A stretch of DNA of 64,000 bases from a virus: IMG/VR virus record IMGVR_UViG_3300026233_000017. One strand, given 5' to 3'. Made by a program: the position numbers and the translations under genes. The notes below the pieces were generated by a model. The model searched no databases and had not been told where the DNA came from. It saw only the letters and a program-made list of their open reading frames with translations. Each line of letters begins with the position of its first letter. The first letter of the stretch is position 1. Positions 1 to 8,699 of the stretch are shown here, piece after piece.

Positions 1-110
1 ATTGGGCCACCTCGGCCGTTCGTGAGTTTGCGGATGCGCTGCGCAAGTACGCGGGGTATGGCAGCGGCTCCCCGGCCCCTCAAGGGCAAGAGCCAGAGGT
101 AGGTCAGTGA
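1..110 (+). CDS. 3' end of SF3/DUF5906-type helicase (partial; full copy at 41725-43362)
   Basis: Identical to 43253-43362; TGA at 108-110. Confidence 0.9.
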   Translation, partial: WATSAVREFADALRKYAGYGSGSPAPQGQEPEVGQ

Positions 111-350
111 TGCGGGCGAGTTACTCCATTACGAAGGTGCGTAACGCTGGAATCCAGCACTGGCGCGGGTTGTTACGTGATTACGCAGTTACCGATTGCG
201 CACACATGCATGCATGTGTGGGCGAGTGCGGGCGCATGCATGGGTGTGCGTGCATGTGTGTGCACGACATGCGTAACCACGTAAATGCGTAACTCGCTAG
301 GCGTGGCGCGGGTTTCGTGTTTACGCGCGCTCGTAACCGCGTAATCACTT
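107..350. other. Putative replication origin (CGTAAC iterons around alternating purine-pyrimidine tracts)
   Basis: About 12 CGTAA(C)/TTACG copies; 20-bp perfect palindrome at 201-220; directly downstream of primase-helicase genes. Confidence 0.55.
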
Positions 351-404
351 CTTTGTTTTTGAGAAGAGAGGAAGAAGAAATGGATAGGCAGGATCTGGCG
401 ACGG

Positions 405-575
405 CAGGCGGCGCGGCGACCCCGGCCCTCCCCATCGGGTATACCCCACCCCCCGGCATAGGTACTCCCGGCGCATGGAATCACGGGGGTAATTCGGCCC
501 CCGCGCGAGCGCTAGTGGCTGGTCTGGGGAAAAGTGAACGAAGTGGTGAACGCTGGGGGTCGAAGTGAACGGGCG
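405..575 (+). other. Putative cos/packaging region
   Basis: GCGCGGCGACCC (411-422) matches lambda cos GGGCGGCGACCT at 10/12; three (A/G)GTGAACG repeats at about 532-570 just before terS; lambda-type terL downstream. Confidence 0.45.
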
Positions 576-1140
576 CGTCGAGCTGGTCACGCAGGCCGAG
601 TACGCGCGGCGCCGGGGCGTGGCGAAGTCCGCCGTGGCGAAGGCCGTGAAGGAAAAGCGCATCACTCTCATCGACGGGAAGATCGACCCCGCCGTAGCCG
701 ACATCCAGTGGCAGCAGAACACGCGTGCCAGGGCCGACAGCGGGCGCGCTGGCGCGTCGCTGCCGATAGAGCAGGGGGGCGGGCAGGGTGCGTCAGAAAG
801 CGCGCCACAAGCCCAGGATTCCCAGCCCGTGGCGCCCGGCGATGACTACCAGAGCCTGCGCGTGCGCCGGGAACGGGCGTCGGTGGAACGCGAGGAGCGG
901 GAGAACGCCCGCGAGGCCAAGCTGCTGGTGTCCCGCGAGGCGGCCTGGCGCGGCGTGTTTGACGCCTTCCGCGCCCTGCGCGATGAGGCCATGGGCGTGC
1001 CCCAGCGTGCCGCGCCGCAGCTGGTGGGCCTGGCGGACTCGCGCGAGATCGAACGCATCATCCACGACGAGCTGCGCAAGGCCTTCGGCGCGGCCGAACG
1101 CCGCCTGCAGGGCGTCCTGCCAGAGGAGACCGACCAGTGA
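565..1140 (+). CDS. terS: Terminase small subunit
   Basis: N-terminal wHTH-like 'QAEYARRRGVAKSAVAKAVKEKRI', then coiled coil; overlaps terL start. Confidence 0.8.
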   Translation: MNGRVELVTQAEYARRRGVAKSAVAKAVKEKRITLIDGKIDPAVADIQWQQNTRARADSGRAGASLPIEQGGGQGASESAPQAQDSQPVAPGDDYQSLRVRRERASVEREERENAREAKLLVSREAAWRGVFDAFRALRDEAMGVPQRAAPQLVGLADSREIERIIHDELRKAFGAAERRLQGVLPEETDQ

Positions 1141-3293
1141 ATCTCGCTGACGGGTATGCACTGATGGTTCAGGCAGCGGTCGAGGGCATGCGCCCGGACC
1201 CCGAGCTGCTCTGCGACGAGTGGGCCGAGGAGTTCATGGTCCTGCCCAAGAGCGGCCCGAAGCCGGGGCGCTTCAGTTTCGACCACAGCTATCCAGCGCG
1301 TCGCGTGCACCAGGTGCTGTCGCCTGGCCACCCCTGCAAACGGGTGGTGGCGAAGGTCGCATCTCAGATGTTCAAGACGCAGACGGCTCTGAACTGGATC
1401 GGCTCGCTGATCCATCGCCGGCCGCGCAACATCCTGGCCCTCGAGCCGACGGATACCCTGGTCAAGCGCTTCTCGGCGCGGATCTCGACCATGATCCGCA
1501 GCGTGCCGGAACTGAAAGAGCGCGTGGCTGCGGCGAAGAGCCGCGACTCCCGGAATACGGTGCAGGCCAAGGATTTTCTGGGCGACGCGACGCTGTACAT
1601 GAACACGGCTGGCTCGGCCGCCAACCTGGCCGAAGTCTCCGCCCCCTACATCTACGTCGACGAGATCGACCGGCTCGAGCTGAACGTCGATGGCGAAGGC
1701 GATCCTGTCGAGCTGGCCGAGGCCCGGGCCACGCAGTACGCGAACGACGCCAAGTTTTTCTACACCTCCAGCCCGGCCATCGAGGGCTTCTCGAAGATCG
1801 ACACCCTCTTCGAGATGGGCACAAAGGAGTACTACCACGTCCCGTGCCCGCACTGCGGCGAGCTGCACGCCCTGCTGCTTGAGAACTTCAAGTATCGGCG
1901 CGATGAAGACACAGGCTTCATGGTCCGGGCTTGGTTCGACTGCCCACATTGCGGCTGCGAGATCGACGAACGGCACAAGACCTCGATGCTGCGCGACGTG
2001 GCGGCTGGCGGCCAGGCACGATGGGTCGCCACGGCCCAGGGCGATGGCGAGACCATCAGCTTCACGCTGTCGGCCTTCTACATGCCGGTGGGCGCGATCA
2101 CCTGGCTCACGCTGGCGCGCCAGTACGCGCGGGCAAAGGACCGCCTGGCGCGTGGCGATCACGAGGCCATGCAGGTGTTCTACAACACCCGCCTGGGCCT
2201 GTCGTACAAGAATTCGGAGACCGTGACCACGGCCAAACAGCTGCGCGACAGGGCTGAGAAATACCCGCTGCGCGTACTGCCCGACGCGGCCCTGGTGGCC
2301 ATCCTGACGGCTGACACCCAGCCCAACCGCTTGGAGGTGCAGATCGAGGCCTGGGGGCCTGGCCTGGAGCATTGGGTGATCGACTATATCGTCCTCAACG
2401 GCGCGCCCACCGACCCGCCCGATACGCCGGGCAGCGTGTGGCAGCGCCTGGACGAGATCCGGCGCACGCCGCTGCTTCACGCATCGGGCCGGCCCATCAT
2501 GATCAGCGCCTATGGCATCGATGCCGGTGGCGCGAACACGCAGGATGTCTACAACTACGGGTCAGCGCGCCGCACCTTGAACTGCACGGTGCTGCATGGT
2601 TCCTCGCGCCCGAACAAGCCCATCATGGGCAGCGCTCCCAGCCGCGTGGACATCGATTGGGGCGGCACCAAGACGCCCGGCGGCGTAGAGCTGTGGACGG
2701 TCGGTACCGACGTCGCCAAGGACTGGCTTTCCAACCGCATGCAGTTGGCCGAAGGCCCGGGCGCCATGCACTTCAACGATGCCCTGCCACCCGAATGGTT
2801 CGACCAGATGGTGGTAGAGCAGGCGCGTACGCGCTGGCAGAAGGGCCGCGCCATCCGCGAATGGGTCAAGCCCAATGGCGCGCGAAACGAGGCCTGGGAC
2901 GTCAGTGTCTACAACCTTGCCATCGCCCATCAGCTGGGGCTGCACAAGTGGACCCCGTTGGATTGGCAGCGGCTGCGCGACAAGCTGATCCCCCCTATCG
3001 GCGATCTGTTCGCACCTGTACCGGCGCCAGTGCCGGCCCCCGTGCTGGCGGCGGCGCCAGTGCCCGAGCCGGTCGCGCCCGTGGCGCCCGTCCCGCAGCC
3101 TGCACCTGTGCCGGTACAGACGTCTGTACACGCCGAAGCGCCAAGCCCCGCGAGCGTGGTCCTGCCGCCGCCTGCAATGCCGCCACCGGCACCTGTCCCG
3201 CCCCCGCCGCCTGTCGCGGCCCGTTCGCCATTGCCCCACGTTGCCCGCCCGGCGCCCGTTGGCCGCCGCATTTACTCAAGAGGAATCCAATGA
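1137..3293 (+). CDS. terL: Terminase large subunit, lambda GpA family
   Basis: Walker A-like 'VASQMFKT', Walker B 'YVDEID', CPHC zinc motifs, nuclease 'DTQ', 'RNEAWD'. Confidence 0.93.
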   Translation: MNLADGYALMVQAAVEGMRPDPELLCDEWAEEFMVLPKSGPKPGRFSFDHSYPARRVHQVLSPGHPCKRVVAKVASQMFKTQTALNWIGSLIHRRPRNILALEPTDTLVKRFSARISTMIRSVPELKERVAAAKSRDSRNTVQAKDFLGDATLYMNTAGSAANLAEVSAPYIYVDEIDRLELNVDGEGDPVELAEARATQYANDAKFFYTSSPAIEGFSKIDTLFEMGTKEYYHVPCPHCGELHALLLENFKYRRDEDTGFMVRAWFDCPHCGCEIDERHKTSMLRDVAAGGQARWVATAQGDGETISFTLSAFYMPVGAITWLTLARQYARAKDRLARGDHEAMQVFYNTRLGLSYKNSETVTTAKQLRDRAEKYPLRVLPDAALVAILTADTQPNRLEVQIEAWGPGLEHWVIDYIVLNGAPTDPPDTPGSVWQRLDEIRRTPLLHASGRPIMISAYGIDAGGANTQDVYNYGSARRTLNCTVLHGSSRPNKPIMGSAPSRVDIDWGGTKTPGGVELWTVGTDVAKDWLSNRMQLAEGPGAMHFNDALPPEWFDQMVVEQARTRWQKGRAIREWVKPNGARNEAWDVSVYNLAIAHQLGLHKWTPLDWQRLRDKLIPPIGDLFAPVPAPVPAPVLAAAPVPEPVAPVAPVPQPAPVPVQTSVHAEAPSPASVVLPPPAMPPPAPVPPPPPVAARSPLPHVARPAPVGRRIYSRGIQ

Positions 3294-3784
3294 CCCGCCA
3301 CGACGATCTCCACGACCCCGAAGCCCTGCGCCTGGCAGCCCCCGCGCCCGGCCAGGACGATGAGGCCGAGCCTCACGCCGACTATGAACAGCAGAACCTG
3401 GACCAGCTGTGCGAGCGCTGGGTGGCCTGGAAAGCCACTCGGCGCTTCTACGGGCCATCGCCGAGCATGGGGTCGATCCTGGGCCAGCTCAGCGGTGCGC
3501 GCACCAGGCCGCTGCGCACAGATGGGCCGAACGCTGCCTGCAGCGCTGAGCTGGCGGCCTTCCACCTGGCATACCAGTGCCAGCCGGATGCGCTGGACAA
3601 GCGGGTGTTCGACCTCTACTACGTGCATCGGGTCACGCCCGTGAAGGTCGCCGCCTCTGCGCTGGAGATCAGCCGCCAGCACTACTACCTGGTGTTGGCC
3701 TCGTTCCGAAAGCGGCTTTACTCTGCGTCACAGGCCATTCTTGAGGAATGGAATCCAGGCAATAGCGCAGAAGTCAAGGATTAA
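3290..3784 (+). CDS. Putative late-gene regulator (Q-like antiterminator, C-terminal HTH)
   Basis: 164 aa with SD AGAGGA; C-terminal sigma-region-4-like 'VKVAASALEISRQHYY'; followed by promoter-like region and terminator. Confidence 0.55.
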   Translation: MTRHDDLHDPEALRLAAPAPGQDDEAEPHADYEQQNLDQLCERWVAWKATRRFYGPSPSMGSILGQLSGARTRPLRTDGPNAACSAELAAFHLAYQCQPDALDKRVFDLYYVHRVTPVKVAASALEISRQHYYLVLASFRKRLYSASQAILEEWNPGNSAEVKD

Positions 3785-3786
3785 AG

Positions 3787-3860
3787 TGTCAGCTCTGGAT
3801 ATGACAATTTAGGCCTCGCTTTGATATGACACTTTGGCCCAAAATTGGCATCAATTCAGG
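3787..3860 (+). promoter_or_regulatory. Putative late promoter with GATATGACA direct repeats
   Basis: GATATGACA at 3798-3806 and 3823-3831; TGTCA-N10-TGACA; AT-rich island in GC-rich DNA. Confidence 0.5.
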
Positions 3861-3933
3861 TAGGTCTAAAAAATCCGCCTGAGGCAGAAAACACCCTCCC
3901 GACACCCAACCGCAGCAGCGAAAGTCGGTATCA

Positions 3934-3970
3934 GCCCCCGGTCTCCGAAAGGAGTCGGGGGCTTTGTTTT
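3934..3970 (+). terminator. Intrinsic terminator in late leader (tR'-like)
   Basis: GCCCCCG-gt-CTCC-gaaa-GGAG-t-CGGGGGC then TTTGTTTT, 14 nt before the first late ATG. Confidence 0.7.
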
Positions 3971-3983
3971 GGAGCCTTCATTC

Positions 3984-4736
3984 ATGCTTTCCATCCAACG
4001 CACGGGCGCCTCGATCGCTGACGTGATCGCGTCCGTGCGCGGTGTGCCGTCGCGCATGATCCCCTATGCGGCGGCCACTGCGCTTACCCGCTGCGCCAAG
4101 CAGGCGCAGACCGAGGATCTGCCGGCCGAGATGCGCAAGGTGTTCTCCAACCCCGTGCCCTATACGCTCAACGCGCTGCGCATCGAGCCTGCCAACAAGG
4201 ACAACCTGATGGCGCGCGTCATGGTCAAGACCGGCGCGCATGCCCCGGGCGTCGCCCCGGAAAACTTCCTGTTCCCCGAGGTCGAGGGCGGCGTGCGCAA
4301 GCACAAGGGCCTGGAGATGGCCCTGCGCTACCAGGGCGTGCTGTCGCCCACGCAGTACGCCATGCCTGGAGCAGCAGCCAAGCTGGATGCCTACGGCAAC
4401 GTCAGCGGCGCCCAGGTTCGCACCATCCTCAACGCCCTCAAGGGCATCCGCGCCGCCAGCTCCACGCGCGACCGTGCCACGGGTGCCAAGCTGCGCAAGG
4501 GCCGGCGCCTGGCCAACGACATGTTCGTAGGCCAGCCGCAGGGCGGTGTTCGGCCTGACGGCATCTGGCGGCGCGAGGGCAAGCGCCTGCGCGCCCTGTT
4601 CGTCTTCACCAGCGACGCGCCGGACTACTCGGTTCGGCTCGACTTCAGCGGCACCGTGCAGCGTGTGGCGCTGGCGCGCTTCCGCCCCGAGTTCGAGCGT
4701 GCGATCGCCGACCTGCAATCCAAAGGATCTTGGTAA
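3984..4736 (+). CDS. Phage virion morphogenesis protein (gpZ/HK97-gp10-like tail completion, tentative)
   Basis: SD GGAG, ATG at 3984; basic protein, first gene of late operon. Confidence 0.55.
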   Translation: MLSIQRTGASIADVIASVRGVPSRMIPYAAATALTRCAKQAQTEDLPAEMRKVFSNPVPYTLNALRIEPANKDNLMARVMVKTGAHAPGVAPENFLFPEVEGGVRKHKGLEMALRYQGVLSPTQYAMPGAAAKLDAYGNVSGAQVRTILNALKGIRAASSTRDRATGAKLRKGRRLANDMFVGQPQGGVRPDGIWRREGKRLRALFVFTSDAPDYSVRLDFSGTVQRVALARFRPEFERAIADLQSKGSW

Positions 4737-4978
4737 TGACTGATGCCGCCACTGAGCTGACGCAGGAGCGCGAGCGCCTGCAGTCCTATCTCGACGCCGA
4801 GCAACGCATCCTGAACTCGCAGGAGTACATGATCGGCAACGGACAGACCGCCAGGCGCAACCGCCGCGCCGATCTCGAGCAGGTTCGCGCAGGCATTGAG
4901 CAGTGCCGCGCCAATATTGAGCGCCTGCAGGGCCGGGCCGGCCGCGTGCGCCGCGTCGCTTACCTGTCGCCCCGGTAA
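4736..4978 (+). CDS. Head-tail adaptor (gpW-like)
   Basis: 80 aa directly before portal; 'AEQRILNSQEYMIG...RRADLEQVRAGI'. Confidence 0.7.
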   Translation: MTDAATELTQERERLQSYLDAEQRILNSQEYMIGNGQTARRNRRADLEQVRAGIEQCRANIERLQGRAGRVRRVAYLSPR

Positions 4979-4984
4979 ACCGCC

Positions 4985-6586
4985 ATGGAACTCAATCTGC
5001 TTGACCGCGCGATTGCAGCGGTGGCTCCGGGCTGGGCGGCCGATAGGGCGCTGTCCCGCGCCAAGATCCAGACGCTGGGGGCAATGCAGGCAATGGGCGG
5101 CGAGATGCCATCCGCCGGTTCTGCCTCTCCACGCCGCTTCTGGAGCCCGCGTCCCCGGGATGCTCGGTCGGACACGATGCGCCAACTGCCTTTCCAGCGT
5201 GGCGCCTCGCGCGAGCTGGCGCGCACCAGCCCCATCGCCGTGGGTGCCATCAACACCAACATCGACCGGGTCGTGGGCACAGGCCTGGCGCTCAGCGCGC
5301 AGCCGAATCTGGCGGTGCTGGGCTGGTCGCGCGATCGCGCGCTGGCCTGGAAAGCCAAGGTGCAGCAGGAATTCAGCCTGTGGGCCGACAGCACCGAGTG
5401 CGATATCGAGGGCAAACAGAATTTCTACCAGCTGCAGGCTCTGGTGCTGCGGTCGGCGCTGGAAAGTGGCGACTGCTTCTCGCTGCTGCCTGATGGCGAG
5501 CGCACGGCCACCCAGCCCTACGAGCTGCGCATCCAGGTGCTGGAAGCCGATCGCGTCGGCAACCCCGGTGGCAAGGCCGACAGTGACACCGTCGCCGGCG
5601 GTGTACGCCTGAACGCTCACGGTGCACCAGAGGCCTACCACCTGTACGACAAGCACCCGGGCAGCGGCTTGCCGGCAGTGGGTGGCGCGTACAGGGGCGA
5701 ATGGATCGAACGCCTGGGTCGCAGCGGTCGCCGCCGCATGCTGCACCACTTCCGCTGCCTACGCCCGGGCATGCCCCGGGGCGTGCCTTACCTGGCGCCC
5801 ATCATCGACTGCATCAAGCAGATCTCGCGCTACACCGAGGCCGAGATCATGGCGGCGGTGCTAACCGCCTACCTCACGGTGTTCATCGAAGCACCAGGGG
5901 GCAACGCGGCGCCGGTATTCGACGGCACCAGCTCGACCCACTCCGAGGCCCCGGCCGACATCGCCCTGGGCCAGGGCGCGGTCATAGGCCTGCAGCCTGG
6001 CGAGAAGGTCCAAATGGTGAACCCGGTGCGGCCGAATCCGAACTTCGAGCCCTTCATCCAGGCCGTCATCAAGCAGATGGGCATCGCCCTGGGCCTTCCC
6101 TTCGAGCTGCTGACCAAGCAATTCAACGCCAGCTATTCCGCGAGCAAGGCCGCGCTGCTGGATGCCTGGGTGTACTTCCGCAGCGTGCGCTACTGGCTTT
6201 CGCTGAGCTTCTGCCAACCCGTGTTCGAGACCTGGCTGGCCGAAGCCGTGGCCATTGGCCGCGTGCCCGCGCCGGGCTTCTTTGCCGACCCGCTGCTGCG
6301 CTGGGCCTACACGCGGGCCGCATGGCCGGGCGACAGCATGGGCAGCATCGATCCCAAGGCCGAGGTGGAGGCCTACGTCGAGGCCATCGACGCGCGGCTG
6401 ATGACTCGCGAGCGTGCCGAGTGGGAACTGTTCGGCAGCGGATGGGATGAGACCTACGACCAGAAGCTGGCCGAGTACGAGCGACTGGTCAAAGACGGAA
6501 TGCTGCCCACGCCCAAGGCCGGCGCTGCGGCGCCCCAGCAACCCAAAACAACCCCTCCGAAACAAGCCCCCCAGGAGCAGGAATGA
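4985..6586 (+). CDS. Portal protein, lambda family
   Basis: 533 aa; 'RGVPYLAP', 'LGLPFELL', 'ASYSASKAALL', 'IDPKAEV'. Confidence 0.92.
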   Translation: MELNLLDRAIAAVAPGWAADRALSRAKIQTLGAMQAMGGEMPSAGSASPRRFWSPRPRDARSDTMRQLPFQRGASRELARTSPIAVGAINTNIDRVVGTGLALSAQPNLAVLGWSRDRALAWKAKVQQEFSLWADSTECDIEGKQNFYQLQALVLRSALESGDCFSLLPDGERTATQPYELRIQVLEADRVGNPGGKADSDTVAGGVRLNAHGAPEAYHLYDKHPGSGLPAVGGAYRGEWIERLGRSGRRRMLHHFRCLRPGMPRGVPYLAPIIDCIKQISRYTEAEIMAAVLTAYLTVFIEAPGGNAAPVFDGTSSTHSEAPADIALGQGAVIGLQPGEKVQMVNPVRPNPNFEPFIQAVIKQMGIALGLPFELLTKQFNASYSASKAALLDAWVYFRSVRYWLSLSFCQPVFETWLAEAVAIGRVPAPGFFADPLLRWAYTRAAWPGDSMGSIDPKAEVEAYVEAIDARLMTRERAEWELFGSGWDETYDQKLAEYERLVKDGMLPTPKAGAAAPQQPKTTPPKQAPQEQE

Positions 6587-6897
6587 GCACTGATCTCGCC
6601 CCCTTGACCGAGTCCCACCACCACCGCCGCCGCATGGTGTTCGACCCGACGATCAACCTCGGTCACATGCTGACCTTCGTCGGCTTTCTGGTGGCCGGTT
6701 TTTCTGCGTACAGCACGCTGGACAAGCGCGTCAGCGTCACCGAGATCCAGGCCACCGTTGCCATCGAGCGCATGCGCGAGCAGGACTCGCGCATGAAGGA
6801 AACGCTGACGGACATCCGACGCGACGTCAAGGATCTGCAGAAGTCCATGAACGATGTGAACCGCTACCTGAGCAGCGGGCCGAGCAGGGGAGGCTGA
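6583..6897 (+). CDS. Single-TM coiled-coil protein (holin/antiholin-like?)
   Basis: TM 'INLGHMLTFVGFLVAGFSAY' followed by heptad coiled coil; ATGA overlap with portal. Confidence 0.6.
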   Translation: MSTDLAPLTESHHHRRRMVFDPTINLGHMLTFVGFLVAGFSAYSTLDKRVSVTEIQATVAIERMREQDSRMKETLTDIRRDVKDLQKSMNDVNRYLSSGPSRGG

Positions 6898-6901
6898 CAC
6901 C

Positions 6902-8254
6902 ATGACGCTGCACGACATGATCCTTGGCGCCTGGGCCATCGAGCCGGGCATGCTGCGGGAGATCCAGGGCATCTACGCCATGCATCTGCGCGGCGAGAAG
7001 CTGGACCTTGACGCCATCGAGGCCCGGCTGGGCCGGCCGCTGGCGCACGAACAGCAGGAGTACGAGGTCTTGCCCGGCGGTGTGGCGCTGTTGAAGCTGT
7101 CCGGTGTGATGGCCCCCAAGGCCAACCTGTTCATGCGCGTGTCGGGCGGCATCAGCACCCGGCAGGCCACGCTGCAGATCGAAAGCGCCCTGGCAGACGC
7201 GCGGGTGCGCAGCATCGTGGTAGCGATGGATACGCCCGGCGGCAACGTGATCGGCGTGCCGGAGTTTGCCCAGGCCATCCACGATGCCGGTGCCATCAAG
7301 CCGCTGGTCGTGCACGCCAGCGAGATGCTGCTGAGCGCGGGCATGTGGTCCGGCAGCGGCGCCAACGCCATCTTTGTCAGCGGCTCTGTCGTCAGCGTGG
7401 GAAGCATCGGCGTGGTGGTGGACCGCGAGTTCGACCCCTCGTCTCGCGTGCAGCAGGAAAGCATCACAGCGGGCAAATACAAGCGCTTGTCCAAGCCGAA
7501 CGAGCCCCTGTCCGATGAGGCCCGGGCCGTTGTCCAGGCGGACGTCGACTACGTCTACACGCTGTTCGTGGACGACGTTGCGCGTAACCGGGGCGTCAGC
7601 GCCGAGCAAGTTCTCGAGCACATGGCCGATGGCCGCGTGTTCCGTGGCCAGCAGGCCATCGATGCGGGGTTGGTGGACGGTGTCTCCACCCTCGACGCAT
7701 TGCTGGACCGCATGGCCGCAGATCCCACCGAGTTCGCATCGCGCCGCAAGGCCGTGATCAAGCCGGTGGCCCCGTCAGCAAGCGCCGGTGCTGCGCCCAA
7801 AGACAAAACCTCAACCCGTGATCCAAAGGAAACAGCAATGTCCGATTCCATCACGCGTGCGTCTTTCGAGCAGGACCACGCCCCCCTCTTCGCGGCCATC
7901 AAGGCCGAATTCATCGTCTTGGGCGCTGCCCAGGAGCGCGACCGCATCAAGGCGGTCCTGGCCGTGGGCGAGGGCCTGCCCGGCCACGAGGAACTGCTGC
8001 AGGGCCTGGCCTTCGACGGCAAGACCTCGGCTGCCGACGCCAGCCTGGCGGTGCTGGGCGCTGAGAAGGCGCTGCGTGCTGCTGCCATCGAGGCCCACAA
8101 GCAGGATGCGCCGCCAGCTGCCAAGGGCAGCGCCGCCCCGGCCGACAAGGGCGAAAAGACCAAGGCGCAGCAGGTCGAAGAGGCCAAGGCCGTGGCGAAG
8201 GAGCAGGGCATCAGCCTCGTCGCCGCGCTCAAGGAACTGGGCTACGCCAGCTGA
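6902..8254 (+). CDS. Prohead protease (S49/SppA-like) with C-terminal scaffold domain
   Basis: 'DTPGG', 'SAGMW', 'VGSIGVV', 'AGKYK'; internal SD plus ATG at 7838 gives a Nu3-like scaffold. Confidence 0.9.
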   Translation: MTLHDMILGAWAIEPGMLREIQGIYAMHLRGEKLDLDAIEARLGRPLAHEQQEYEVLPGGVALLKLSGVMAPKANLFMRVSGGISTRQATLQIESALADARVRSIVVAMDTPGGNVIGVPEFAQAIHDAGAIKPLVVHASEMLLSAGMWSGSGANAIFVSGSVVSVGSIGVVVDREFDPSSRVQQESITAGKYKRLSKPNEPLSDEARAVVQADVDYVYTLFVDDVARNRGVSAEQVLEHMADGRVFRGQQAIDAGLVDGVSTLDALLDRMAADPTEFASRRKAVIKPVAPSASAGAAPKDKTSTRDPKETAMSDSITRASFEQDHAPLFAAIKAEFIVLGAAQERDRIKAVLAVGEGLPGHEELLQGLAFDGKTSAADASLAVLGAEKALRAAAIEAHKQDAPPAAKGSAAPADKGEKTKAQQVEEAKAVAKEQGISLVAALKELGYAS

Positions 8255-8291
8255 GCGCCCGGATCGTCAACCCCCTCACTAGGAGCACAAC

Positions 8292-8663
8292 ATGCCCTCC
8301 GGGAACATTTCCACTCTGACCCTCACCGTGGTGGCCAGCGCCGCCGTCTCGGCCGAACGCTTCGTCACGCAGTCCGGCGGCTATCCCGCCGCCGGCGGCG
8401 TTGCCTTCGGTGTCACGCGCACCAGCGCAGCCCAGGCCGGTGATCTGCTGCCCGTCGATGTGCAGGGCACTTCCATCGTCGAGGCGGGCGCTGCCATCTC
8501 CCTGGACGCTGCACTCATGGTCGATGCGCAGGGCCGCGTCGTGCCTTTGACCGTGGGCAGCAAGAGCCCTGTGGCCCGAGCGCTCGGCACAGCTGCCGCA
8601 GCGGGCGAGCGCATCGAGGTGCTGCTGGTTCCGTCCGCCGGCCTGGTCAGCGCTGCCGCCTGA
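8292..8663 (+). CDS. Capsid decoration/cement protein (DUF2190-like)
   Basis: Small Ala/Gly beta-rich protein between protease and capsid; SD AGGAG. Confidence 0.75.
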   Translation: MPSGNISTLTLTVVASAAVSAERFVTQSGGYPAAGGVAFGVTRTSAAQAGDLLPVDVQGTSIVEAGAAISLDAALMVDAQGRVVPLTVGSKSPVARALGTAAAAGERIEVLLVPSAGLVSAAA

Positions 8664-8699
8664 TCCATCCCATCCCTGAATCACTCTCTGGAGAAACTC

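Noticed and set aside
107-484. Short ORFs over the origin region
   Set aside because: Translations only reflect the RY repeats (MHACV...); no SD or coding bias.
846-2480. Long reverse-strand ORFs (e.g. 544 aa here, 8229-9518, 10116-11579, 18205-19470)
   Set aside because: Shadow ORFs opposite strongly GC3-biased genes; no motifs, Arg/Ala/Gly-rich.
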